Positions 31,249 through 42,860 are shown, numbered from the stretch's first letter. The stretch: 64,000 bases of DNA from Roseibacillus sp. (GCA_051251855.1 JBPOGI010000002.1:384001-448000), one strand, 5' to 3'. Numbers and translations are program-made. Notes: generated by a model not told the origin, from the sequence alone.

Positions 31249-33774
31249 ATGAACAAAATTTTCCGAACGAGGGGAGCTTTCATCGTGCTGCTATCCTTTG
31301 TAGTCTTGGGTGTTATCTTCGTGGCTGGGAGTAGGTTTCGGTCTCAAAAGCAGACTTTCGCTGCAAAGGCTCAGCAAATCACGAAGTCCGAGGAGCTGAT
31401 TCTCGCCCTGCAGCGGATGCTCAGTGATATTTCTAAGAGTGGGAAGAATCGGCAGCTTCCAGATTTCGACGACAGTCGTTTTTTTGAACCCTCTGTATTG
31501 GTGAGAGACCTCACGCCGAAATACGAGATTGCTTCCACTGACAATCTCGAGGTGGCCCTCAAGAACTGGCAAATTGATTCGGAGAATAGACCCGTTCCCG
31601 CAACGAACCTGAGGCTCTTCAGCGCTCTCTTCGATGGTCTCAGCGCGGTAAGAGGTTTCAAAATGAAGATTGTCTCCGGCGAATTCTCCGACACCGAGGA
31701 CTCCTTTACCACCTCTCTTGCCGTTTCAGGATCCGGAAAGCTCACCTCTGAGAACGAGCTCTCTTTCGAAGGGCATTTGGATGTTGAGTGGAGGAATAGC
31801 GGCTCCGATGGCTGGAGAATCAGTCGCTGGGAATTGTTGGATTTCGAGAGTCATGAGAACCTTACGAAGACACCCTTCTTCACCCGTGCCAATGAGGCCT
31901 GTCTGCCGAATGCGGCGGAGCGGAGTAACGCGGAACTTTCCATTCACGACGAACTCATTAAGTCGCTCTTGCTGAACGGAGGTTGCACTCCACCAGGGCC
32001 TAAGTTCGAATACGACTTCGGCTTCGAATCAGCGGCAGCTTGTCCTAGTGTTTCAGTGGTTGATCTCAATGGAGATGGTTGGGATGATTTTTATTTGATG
32101 GCTCGGTGGGGGCGCAATCAGCTCTTTATCAATCAGCAAGATGGCACCTTTAAGGAAAGCGCCGCTGAATTCGGACTCGATATTCTCAATCACTGCACGG
32201 GAGCAGCCTTTGTTGACTTTGATAATGACGGGGACAAGGACCTCATCCTCAGCCGGAGCTACGCGCGCAGCCAAATCCTTGAAAATGTAGGAAATAGGTT
32301 TCACGATGTCAGTCGTTCCTGCGGGGTCGAACTTCCTGCGATGGCGACCTCGGTTTCTGTCGCCGACTATAATAGGGATGGTCTGCTTGATGTCTTCTTC
32401 ACTACCTACGGGAGCGACCGGCTCCTTCGTGAGTTTCTTCCCATGTCGCAGCAGGAGGAGCTAGCGGCGATATCATCTCAGGGGAAGCATCATCCGGTCT
32501 TGAATGCCTTGGGGGCTCCCAATGTCCTATTGGTCAATCGTGGGGGAGGGAAGTTCAAGGTGGCACCCGAGTCACCTCAATTGGCAGGATGGAAGACAAG
32601 CCTTTGCAGTGTGTGGGCGGACTATGATCAGGACGGAGATGCGGACCTCTATGTCAGTAACGACTTCGGTCCAGATGCTCTGATGAGGAACGACTACCCG
32701 AACGGGTTCAAAGATGTGACTCTCGAGGAGGGGCACGAGTCCATGGCTGGATTTGGGATGGGAGTTTCTTGGGGAGACTACGACTTGGATGGGGCACAGG
32801 ATCTCTACATCTCTAACATGTATAGCAAGGCTGGTCTCCGCATTGGGAAGCAGATTGAAGGGATAGACCCGCGATTCGAGAAGTTTAACAACGGCAACCG
32901 TCTCTACCGTCGAAAGGAGAATCACTTTGAGCTCACTTCAGGCTTAAAGCCACCTGAGCATCTTGTGGCGAAAGTCGGTTGGTCTTGGGGAGGGCAATTT
33001 GCGGATTTTAACAATGATGGCTTTTTGGATATTTATGTGCCGTCCGGCTACTTCACCGCGCCCGATGCGGTGGCGGGCGGCGATGATTTGTGAAGTGTCT
33101 ATTGGCGCGGTGCAGTTTGCACCGACCCCGGTTTGGAGAAAGGATTTCGCAACAACAAAGGATGGAAGGACGTCGACTTTGATAGCTTCGTGGTTCAGAA
33201 GCAGGACGCTGATGGCAAATGGTTTGCGCAATCCTTTAGTGGTCATGAAACCAATAAGCTCTTCATGAATCAAGGAGGGGAATCTTTCTTCGATATGTCA
33301 GCTTTAGCCGGTTTGGATAGTGATGCCGATGGGAGATCTTTCGTCCTTTTGGACTACGACCGGGATGGTTGGCAGGATTTGATTCTAGTGAATTCGAACT
33401 CTCCTCAATTGGAAATTTTCCACAATGAAATGGGCCGAAGGTCATTCGGAGGGCGGAGTATCGTGTTTCATCTGATTGGAGGGAATGAAAGTTCGGAGGC
33501 GAGCGAAGAGTGGTCGAATCGAGATGCCCTGGGTGCTGTTGTGACCGTCAAAGTAGCTGGGAAAACAATCATGCGGGAGTTGCGTTGCGGAGAAGGACTC
33601 GGTGCGCAAAATTCTGGAATGTTACTGGTCGGTATCGGCGAGAACGAGATGATTGAATCTGGTGAGGTGAGATGGCCCTCGGGTAAACGTCAGACGCTCG
33701 ATGCTCTCGAAGCAGGAATGTTGGTCACGATAAAAGAAAGAGGCGGAATTGCCGTAAGGACCTATAACCGTTGA
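31249..33774 (+). CDS. FG-GAP/CRTAC1-ASPIC-UnbV protein with in-frame TGA at 33091-33093 (codon 615); 841 aa if read through
   Basis: ORFs 31249..33093 and 33133..33774 share a frame with only the TGA between them; DxNxDG blades on both sides; GDDL*SVYWRGAV; C-term ASPIC/UnbV motifs NRDALGA and VRWPSG. Confidence 0.8.
33108..33124 (+). other. Candidate SECIS-like recoding hairpin
   Basis: CGGTGCA-GTT-TGCACCG, 7-bp stem starting 14 nt after the TGA. Confidence 0.6.
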
Positions 33775-34013
33775 GGTTTAAAGGCCGCTTTTACAGAATG
33801 ATTAATGATTCTTAATCGCTTGCTTCCCGTCATAAGTATCCAAATTTCAATGGGCTGCATCTTTCTTTGCAGAAACCACCATGAACTTTGTCAAAACGGG
33901 TCAAATACTCCGCTTTTACGAGAAAATCGTTGTGCTCTGCTATCTGATTTCTATTATCGCGAAGCTGATTTTGTGGTGTTTGCTTAAACGCCCAATGGCA
34001 ACACCTAGAACTC

Positions 34014-34859
34014 ATGAAAAATAAAACAATACTCGCCTTATTAGCGGTTTCAGCAATTGGCGCGCAAGCAGCGGCGATTCATACTGGGCTTCTGAACTAT
34101 TGGACCTTAGATGGTAATGGAGAAGATTCAGCCAGCGACTTCACAGAAGGAACTAGCACCGTCGAAGATGATATGACAGCGGGTGGCGCTGTTGGAACAA
34201 CGACTATTCTTTCTACTGGAGGCTTGTTTGGGGGCGCCGTTGATTTTGAGGTGGGTTCTGGCGTTGATGGTCATCTCGCTGCGACAGCAAGCGCTGATAC
34301 TCAGTTCGCAGGAGAAAGTATTACTGTCTCTCTTTGGGCTCAGTTCGAAGACAATAGCACTGGCGACTGGCAGTCCCTGCTGGTGAACGGAGAAGGCAAC
34401 AACTACCGCATCTCGACTAACCGCAATAATCCTGGTCGCAACCAAGCAAGCGCAGCCTTCGGAACGGGTGACCTTAACTCAGGGGTGGATATCCGTGCTG
34501 CTGGACCCGTTTCTGGTTTTCACCACATCGTGGTCACTGCAGTCAATGGAGCTCCTGTAAACATCTACGTTAATGGTGTTCTCGAAGGCACTTCCGGCGG
34601 GAATTCTGCAATTACTAATGATGACCCAGGGGTACCCGACGAACTCTGGATTGGAAACAATGTCGATGATCCAGATCGTCAGTGGGACGGATTGATTGAT
34701 GATGTCGCCCAGTGGGATCGTGCTTTGACTGCTGCTGAAGTTACTGAAATCTATGACGCAGGAGTTCTCGGCATCAGTTTGGGTGCCATTCCTGAGCCGA
34801 CTTCAGGACTTCTTCTTGGTCTCGGTGGTTTGACTGTGCTTCTTCGCCGTCGCCGATAA
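34014..34859 (+). CDS. LamG-like domain PEP-CTERM protein
   Basis: NYWTLDG, HHIVVT, IYVNG, WDGLIDDVAQWDRALT; C-term IPEPTSGLLLGLGGLTVLLRRRR. Confidence 0.9.
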   Translation: MKNKTILALLAVSAIGAQAAAIHTGLLNYWTLDGNGEDSASDFTEGTSTVEDDMTAGGAVGTTTILSTGGLFGGAVDFEVGSGVDGHLAATASADTQFAGESITVSLWAQFEDNSTGDWQSLLVNGEGNNYRISTNRNNPGRNQASAAFGTGDLNSGVDIRAAGPVSGFHHIVVTAVNGAPVNIYVNGVLEGTSGGNSAITNDDPGVPDELWIGNNVDDPDRQWDGLIDDVAQWDRALTAAEVTEIYDAGVLGISLGAIPEPTSGLLLGLGGLTVLLRRRR

Positions 34860-34899
34860 ATTCTCATACCCTTCAAGGGTCGTACGTAATTTTTCTAGG

Positions 34900-34930
34900 A
34901 ACGACCGGTCGCAAGATCGGTCGTTTTTTT
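34900..34930 (+). terminator. Rho-independent terminator
   Basis: AACGACCGGTC-GCAA-GATCGGTCGTT plus T-run. Confidence 0.85.
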
Positions 34931-35013
34931 ATTCCCCTTGAGAGTCCAAATTGGGCACAGTATTGCCAGTTCTTTCGATGAAGCCGAGAGAGATTTCGCT
35001 CACCTATTCTTCG

Positions 35014-38000
35014 ATGCAATCATACACGTTATTTCAAAGCCTTGTTTTCGCTTCGGCTTCGTTTTTCTGGGTAGCTCCTCTTCAGGCTATTCCCAAAGTT
35101 TTGGAAGACGAACCCGAGATCATTGCTGCTCCAGGTTTAGAAAATAGGGAACTCGTCGGACCGCTGTCAGAGGTCATTGATCGCTTGTCTCCCAAAGATG
35201 ATGGCTGGGATACCGAGGCCTTTAGTGAGGCCGCTTCCGCTCAGTTGTATCGCTTGGGCGCTCTCTTGAAGTCTCCCGAGAGAGAGGACTCTGCTTACGC
35301 ATCCCTTGCCGATGAGGAATTCACTTCCGCTGTTCTTCGCCCTGATGAGAAGAATCTGGACCTTCTGGAAGGCGACGAATTTCAGGTTCGAAAATGGAAT
35401 GGCGTCATCGATTCCTCAAAGACCCTTTCTCTTTCGGAGGCTTGCAACCAGTTCCGCTCCGCCTTTGCAGCAGACGAAAAGTTGCAACTGGCAAGCAAGC
35501 TCTACAAGGTGATGCCGCAGGGCGAAGGAGTGACCCAGACTGATGTCCTGGTGGAGGCTGCGGGCAAAGCGCCTGCTGCCGGACGCCGCCAGATCAATGC
35601 CGAATGGAGATGTCATTGGAAGGATGAGGAAGGCCAGCCTCAGCTCACGAAAATCGAGCTTCTGAGTTATCAAGAAGTGACTCGTCCCTTGGGGGAAGGA
35701 AAGCCCCTCTTCTCCGATCGAACGAAGGAGGCTTTGGGCCGCAATGCGAGCTTGCAGGAGCAACTCCTTCATTCCTCGGATCATTGGCGGGCCCGATTTC
35801 CGCGGGACCTCGGGCTGGACGTGGTCGCGAACGTGGGCTTCGTGCTGGCAGACCTCAATGGTGATGATTTAGAGGATCTCTATTTTTGCCAGCAAGGCGG
35901 CCTTCCCAACCTGCTCTTTCTTCGGCAACCGAATGGCACCTTCCGAGATGCTTCCGAAGGGAGTGGGGTTGATTGGCTTGATTTTTCTCCCAGTGCGTTG
36001 GCCATTGATCTCGATAAAGATGGCGACCGCGATTTGGTGGTGGCCTTGCAGTTCGAGTTGCTCTTGATGCGCAACGATGGTCAGGCCAAGTTCGAGATCG
36101 TGACCCGCGTTCCGGTTCTGGCGCAGACTTTCTCAATCAGTGCCGCGGACTACGATCTCGATGGCGACCTGGATCTTTTCTCGTGTGGCTATAATCCAAC
36201 GATGGAAGACTTGGAAGAGAGCGGTGCCTTAGGTTCTCCTACCCCGTTCCATGATGCAAACAATGGGGGACCCAATACCCTGCTGAAAAATGTCGGGCCC
36301 TTTGAGTTTCGAGATGCGACTGTGGAGAGTGGCTTGAGCGAACAGAGCAACACTCGCTTTAGCTTTGCTTCTGGTTGGGAAGACTATGACCGGGATGGTG
36401 ACCCTGACCTCTATGTTGCCAACGACTACGGTCGCAATAATCTTTATCGCAATGATGAAGGGAAGTTTGTGGACGCTGCTGGTGAACTGGATGTGGAAGA
36501 TATGTCCTCGGGAATGTCGGTGAGCTGGGGTGATGTCAATCGGGATGGAAAGAGTGATCTTTATGTGAGCAACATGTTTTCTTCGGCGGGCAATCGGATC
36601 ACCTTTCAAAAGCAATTTCAAAATGGAGGGGCGGGGGAAGCTTTGGATACTTTCAAACGTTTCGCACGAGGTAACGCCCTCTTTCTAGGAACTCCAGAGG
36701 GAGATTTTGATGATGTGAGCGAGGAAGCCGGAGCGACGATGGCACGTTGGTCTTGGGGGTCTCGTCTCGCGGATTTGAACAATGATGGGTGGGAGGATAT
36801 TCTCGCGGCCAACGGTTTCATTAGCACGCCCGATACGGGAGACCTCTGAAGTGTCTATTGGCGACAGGTCGTGTCGCTCTCTCCGATTGATGACTTTAAT
36901 GAGCAAGCGTTGCAAAAGTATAAGCACCGCTGGAGTGCCTTGTCTCGCTTGCTTCATGAAGACCGTTCCTTCAGCGGGGGGGAGCGGCATAACGCATTTC
37001 TCAATTTGGGGGAGGGCCGTTTTGCCGATATCTCGGCGGTGACCGGTTTTAACTTTGCGGAAGATGGCCGGGCTTTGGTGACTCAAGATTGGGATTTTGA
37101 TGGCGACCTTGATGTCTGGGTCACGGCACGGACAGCGCCCCGAGTGCGTCTTCTCGAAAACCAATCGCAGAACAGTGGAGAGTCCGTCTTCATTCGTTTG
37201 CAGGGGAATGGAACGACTTCGAACTCAGATGCGGTCGGGGCTCGTTGCGAAGTTTGGTTGGTGGATGATGAGCGGCCTCTGACTCGTTCTCGGACCGCAG
37301 GAGATTCCTTTCTCTCGCAAGGAAGCTCTTGGCTTCACTTTGGACTGGGTGCCGAGCCTCAGATTGCGCGGGTCATTGTTCATTGGCCCGCTGGTCAGAG
37401 TGAAGAGTTCACCGGGATCGAGAGTGGGGGGCGGTACTTGCTCCATCAAGGACAGCCCCAAGCGAAACAGTGGAGTCCTCCTGCCCAAGTGAAGCTCGCC
37501 GAGGCCAGTCCGCTTGAATTGCCTCATGAGACCGAACAAGCCCGGATTGTGCTCCCCAACTCTTTGTTGTTGCCCCTCCTGGAAACAAACGAAGGCGAGG
37601 CGATTTCTGACCCGAGCAAAAAGGGTCCAATAGTGATTAATTTATGGTCTCAGACTTGTTCTTCTTGTCTCGAGGAACTGAAGGAGTGGACCGAGTTCGC
37701 TCCTCAATTGAAAGCGGCCGGCCTTCGGGTCTTGGCCCTCAATACTGATGCCATTGCTCAGACTGGCGATCTTCCAGAGGGACAAGAATTTTTGCGCGAG
37801 ATCGAGTTTCCCTATTCTTCCAACTCCACCAACGAGGACACTCTTCAGCGATTAGACATTTTTCAGCAGAGCTTACTGGACCGATGGCTTCCACTCCCTA
37901 TTCCTTGTAGCTTTCTTGTGAATGCTTCTGGCAAGGTGGCGGTGGTTTACAAGGGTCCCGTTGCTGCAGAGACCTTGCTCGCGGATTTAGCTCTGCTCGA

Positions 38001-38811
38001 AGCTGATTCTGTCACCTTAAGGAACAAGGCCACTCCCTTCTCCGGTAGGTGGGCTGCTGGCCCTCCTCTGATTGGTCCGAAAAGATACGTCGCACGACTT
38101 CTTGATTTCAAAAAAGTTGTCGATGCTGAGCGCTACTATCGGCGCTATCTCGAGTTGGAACGTAAGTTTCCTGACTCGCCGTCGGGTCCGAGGGCCTCTG
38201 CTTTGAAGTTTCTCGCCTTTGTGGCCTCGGGGCGAGAGGACTATGCCTCAGCAATTAGCTACCTCGAGGAGGCTGTTTCTCTCTTTCCTCAGGAACCGGA
38301 ATTTCAGCAACTCCTGAAAACGGCTCAAGACAAGAGGCGACTCTCGTCTCCTAAAGAGACTTTAAAGCCCCTGTTGGCCCAAGTGGAAGCAGAGCCCAAG
38401 AACGGTCAGGCTCATTTGGCTCTTGCTGATGGCTATCGCGACATGGGAGAACCCGCCAAAGCAATCGAAAGTTACAAGAATGCATTGAGACGCGAACCAG
38501 GATTGTTCGTGGCGGCAGGAAAGCTCGCTTGGATTCTAGCAACTCATCCGAGTCCTGAGATTCGGGAGCCAAAAGCAGCCTTGGAGCTGGCCAATCGGCT
38601 CATGTCCCTGAACGCAGCGCCGAATCCCAACTTCTTGGACCTTCAGGGAATCGCGCTCGCTGCTAATGGAGACTTCGCTGCGGCCGTTAAAAAGGCTCAA
38701 GCGGCCTTGGTGCTTTTGCCGGAAGGCTCTCCTTATCAGAAGGAAGTGAGTTCCCGCCTTGGTCTCTATAAAGAAGGAAAAGCCTATTATGAGGGTAAGG
38801 CTTCCAAGTAA
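35014..38811 (+). CDS. FG-GAP/CRTAC1-ASPIC-UnbV-redoxin(CxxC)-TPR protein with in-frame TGA at 36847-36849 (codon 612); 1265 aa if read through
   Basis: ORFs ending 36849 and 36871..38811 are in frame; TGDL*SVYWRQVVS; WSQTCSSCLEEL; TPR-like C-term; start chosen by paralogy with 39063. Confidence 0.8.
36861..36877 (+). other. Candidate SECIS-like recoding hairpin
   Basis: GCGACA-GGTCG-TGTCGC, 11 nt after the TGA. Confidence 0.6.
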
Positions 38812-38945
38812 TTGCGAGTTGATTCGAGTTCCCGCTAGTCGCTGAAATCGCGCTCTGCTTTGCGGGCGTCGAGGTCAGTGAATTCTTTTTAGGTGGCTTC
38901 AATTTCAGCTTCTTCAGAAGGGAGGTAATCAACAATTTTCTATAG

Positions 38946-38975
38946 AACGATTGGTTGAAAGATCGGTCGTTTTTT
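38946..38975 (+). terminator. Duplicated terminator (copy of 34900-34930)
   Basis: AACGATTGGTT-GAAA-GATCGGTCGTT plus T-run; C>T changes retain G-U pairing. Confidence 0.65.
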
Positions 38976-39062
38976 ATTTCCTTTTAGAGTCCTCACTGGA
39001 CACATTGATGACAACCCTCTTGATGAGGTCGTTCGTAGATTTCGAGTCTCACTTATTGTTCG

Positions 39063-42000
39063 ATGCAGTCATATAATTCATTTTCAAGCCTTGTTCTGGT
39101 TTCGACTTTTTTTCTCTGGGCGGCTCTTGTTCAAAGTGCTCCCCAAGCTTCGCAAGACGAACCTGAAATCATTGCTGCTCCTGGGTTGGATGAGAGAGAG
39201 TTGGTGGGGCCGTTGTCCGAGGTGCTCGATCATATGTCTCCCAAGGATGATGGCTGGGATACCGAAGCCTTCAGTGAGGCCGCATCTGCACAATTGTATC
39301 GCCTAGGCAACCTCTTGAAGTCTCCCGATATGGATGCCGCGACTCTCGCGGACCTCACGGATGGTAGTTTTGTGTCCGCAACTCTCCGACCCAAGGAAGC
39401 CTCTCTCGATCTCTCGGAAGAAAGCGAGTTTGAGGTTCGCAAATGGAATGGCGAACTCGATTCAACAAAGGCTCTTACTCTTTCTGATGCCTCTCTTAAA
39501 TTCCGCGCTGCCTTTGCTCCCGAAGAGGTTTTGCAAATCAAAACCAAGCTTTACAAGGTGATGCCGCAGGATGGGGGAGTCACGCTCACCGATGTCTTGG
39601 TGGAGGCCTCTGCCAAAGCTAGCACCTCTGGACGCCGCCAGATCAATGCCGAATGGAGGTGCCATTGGAAGAGCGAGGACGACCAGCCGTTGCTCACTCG
39701 AATCGAGCTTTTGAAGTATGAGGAGGTGACCCGTCCCCAAGGGAAAGGCCAGCCTCTCTTTGTTGACCGGACCAGAACCGCGCTCGGCAATAACGCGAGC
39801 TTGGATAAGCAACTCCTGCATTCCACGGACCATTGGCGGGCACGGATTCCGCAAAGTCTGGGTTTGGATGTGGTGGCGAACGTGGGTCTATTGCTCGCGG
39901 ACCTGAACGGTGATGATTTGGAAGACCTTTACGTTTGCCAACAAGGAGGCTTGCCCAACCTGCTCTTCCTGCGTCAACCGGATGGCACCTTTGTCGATGC
40001 TTCCAAAGAGAGTGGGGTTGATGTCCTTGATTTTACAGCGAGCTCCTTGGCCATCGATCTCGATAAGGATGGCGACCGCGATTTGGTGGTGGCTTTGCAG
40101 TTCGAACTCATGTTGATGCGGAATAATGGCCAAGCGAAGTTCGAGCTGATGGCTCGGGTTCCATTAGCCGCTCAGACTTTTTCGATCAGTGCCTCTGACT
40201 ACGACCTGGACGGCGATCTCGACATTTTCACCTGCGGTTATAATCCGTCATTGCAAGAGGCTGAAGAAAATGGAGCGTTAGGTTCTCCTTCTCCCTTTCA
40301 TGATGCCAACAATGGCGGACGCAATACTTTCTTGAAGAATGTGGGAGCCTTTGAGTTCCAGGACGTGACTGTGGAAAGCGGCATCAGTGAGCAGAACAAC
40401 ACTCGCTTCAGTTTTGCTTCTGCTTGGGAAGACTATGATCGTGACGGCGATCCCGACCTTTATGTCGCCAACGATTACGGGCGTAATAACCTTTACCGTA
40501 ACGATGGCGGAAAGCTGGTAGATGTCGCCGCTGAATTGAAGGTAGAGGATATGTCTTCGGGGATGTCGGTGAGTTGGGGCGACCTGAATCGTGATGGTCG
40601 AAGCGATCTCTATGTGAGCAATATGTTTTCTTCGGCAGGGAATCGCATCACCTTTCAAAAGCAGTTTCAAAATGGAGGGGCAGGGGAGGCCTTGGATACT
40701 TTTCAACGATTCGCGCGAGGCAATGCTCTCTTCCTTGCCACTCCCGATGGAGGCTTCGATGATGCCAGTGAGGATGCGGGAGCGACCATGGCTCGATGGG
40801 CTTGGGGCTCTCGTCTGGCGGATTTGAATAACGATGGTTGGGAGGATGTCCTGGCTGCCAACGGCTTCATTAGCACCCCCGATACGGGAGACCTCTGAAG
40901 TGTCTATTGGCGACAGGTCGTGTCGCACTCTCCCATTGATGACTTTAGTGAGCAGTCGGTGCAGAAGTATAAGAATCGTTGGAGCGCCTTATCGCGTTTG
41001 CTCCGCTCTGATCGCTCCTTCAGTGGCGGAGAGAGGCATTGTGCTTTCCTCAATCTGGGGGGAGAGCGTTTTGCCGACATCTCGGCGGTGACGGGTTTTG
41101 ATTTTGCAGAAGATGGTCGCGCCTTGGTGACCGAGGATTGGGACTTCGATGGCGACCTCGATGTCTGGGTCACCGCACGAACGGCTCCACGAGTGCGCCT
41201 CCTTGAAAATACTTCTCAGAATGCGGGAGAGTCTCTTTTCCTCCGCTTGCATGGGAACGGAACCACAACGAATCCAGACGCGGTGGGGGCTCGCTGCGAA
41301 GTCTGGTTAGAGGGAGATGACAGACCTCTCACCCGTTCTCGCACTGCGGGAGACTCCTTCATTTCTCAAGGGAGTTCTTGGTTGCACTTTGGGCTCGGGG
41401 TGGAGCCGAAGATTGCGCGAGTGATTGTTCATTGGCCTGCTGGTCAGAGTGAAGAGTTCACAGGGATTGAGAGCGGAGGACGCTACCTTCTTCATCAAGG
41501 GCAGCCGCAAGCGAAAGGTTGGAGTCCTCCAGCGCAGGTGAAGTTCGCAGAAGTCAGCCCTCTTGAGTTGCCTCATGAGCCCGAACAAGCCCGTATTGTT
41601 TTACCGAACTCGCTTCTATTGCCTCTCCTGCAGACTCATGAGGGTGCTGCTATTTCTGACTTCAATAAAGAGGGGCCAACGCTCATCAATTTGTGGTCTC
41701 AGACTTGTTCTTCATGTCTTGAGGAGTTGAAGGAGTGGACCGAGTTCAAACCTAAATTCGAGGCTGCGGGTTTGAGGGTGATAGCTCTCAATACCGATGC
41801 TATCGGTCAAACTGACGAGAGCTCTGAGGGGCAGGATTTTCTGAGCGAGATCGAGTTTCCTTATTCAGCTCAGTCCGCCAACGTGGAGACCCTGCAGCGA
41901 TTGGATCTCTTTCAACAAAGCTTTCTCGACCGATGGCTTCCGTTGCCAGTTCCATGCAGTTTCCTGCTGGATCGTTTCGGTAAGGCGGCGGTGATTTATA

Positions 42001-42860
42001 AAGGCCCTGTCGCAGCAGAGACTTTGCTCGCGGATTTGGCCCTGCTTGAAGCCGATTCTGAGACGTTGAGGAGTAACGCCACCCCCTTCGCCGGTATCTG
42101 GGCTGACGGTCCACCTCTAGTGGGACCGAAAAGCTATGTCACCCGGCTTTTGGACTACAAGAAGCTGGCCGATGCCGAGCGTTATTACCGGCGCTACGTG
42201 GAGATGGAGCGCAGCCTTCCGGACACCCCTTCGGGACCCATGATTGAAGCCTTAAAGTTTCTCGCTCTTCTTGCTTCTCGAACAGAGAACTTTGCTCCCG
42301 CAGTAGCGCATCTTGAAGAAGCAATTTCTATCGTTCCAGAGGACCCTGAGCTGCAACAGCTTCTTAAGGAGGCTCAGGAGAAGCTTAAAGGTGCCACTCC
42401 GACGGATCTGTTATCGCCCTTGCTGGCCAAAGTGGAAGCCGAGCCAAAAAATGGGAAAGCTCATCTCGAACTTGCGGATGCTTATCGTAATCTTGGAGAA
42501 GCAGCGAAAGCGGTCGAAAGTTATAAGAACACGCTGAGGAACGATCCGAAATTGTTTGTGGCCGCTGGGAAGCTGGCTTGGATTCTCGCAACTCACCCCA
42601 GCCCAGAGATTCGTGAGCCAGAGGCGGCTTTGCAGTTGGCGAATCGACTCGTGGCGATGAACGGAGCAATGAATCCAAATTTCTTGGACCTTCAGGGAAT
42701 CGCGCTGGCAGCTAATGGTAAATATGAAGCGGCCGCAGAAAAAGCTGAAGCGGCCTTGCCGCTCGTGCCAGAAGGCTCTCCTTACCAGAAGGAAATTCGT
42801 TCCCGCCTGAGTCTCTATCAAGAGGGGAAGGCCTACTTTGAGGGAAAGGATTCTAAGTGA
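39063..42860 (+). CDS. Tandem paralog: FG-GAP/CRTAC1-ASPIC-UnbV-redoxin(CxxC)-TPR protein with in-frame TGA at 40896-40898 (codon 612); 1265 aa if read through
   Basis: ORFs 39063..40898 and 40920..42860 are in frame; TGDL*SVYWRQVVS; WSQTCSSCLEEL. Confidence 0.8.
40910..40926 (+). other. Candidate SECIS-like recoding hairpin
   Basis: GCGACA-GGTCG-TGTCGC, 11 nt after the TGA. Confidence 0.6.

Noticed and set aside
33091..40898. The three TGAs as nonsense mutations, pseudogenes or sequencing errors
   Set aside because: Same codon and position in three paralogs, one of them distant; both halves are intact; the context and hairpin are conserved.
32963..41091. Short alternative-frame ORFs spanning each UGA (32963..33268, 36782..37042, 40834..41091; EVSIG motif) as frameshift products
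   Set aside because: The two halves are already in the same frame; EVSIG is simply the conserved 17-mer read in another frame.
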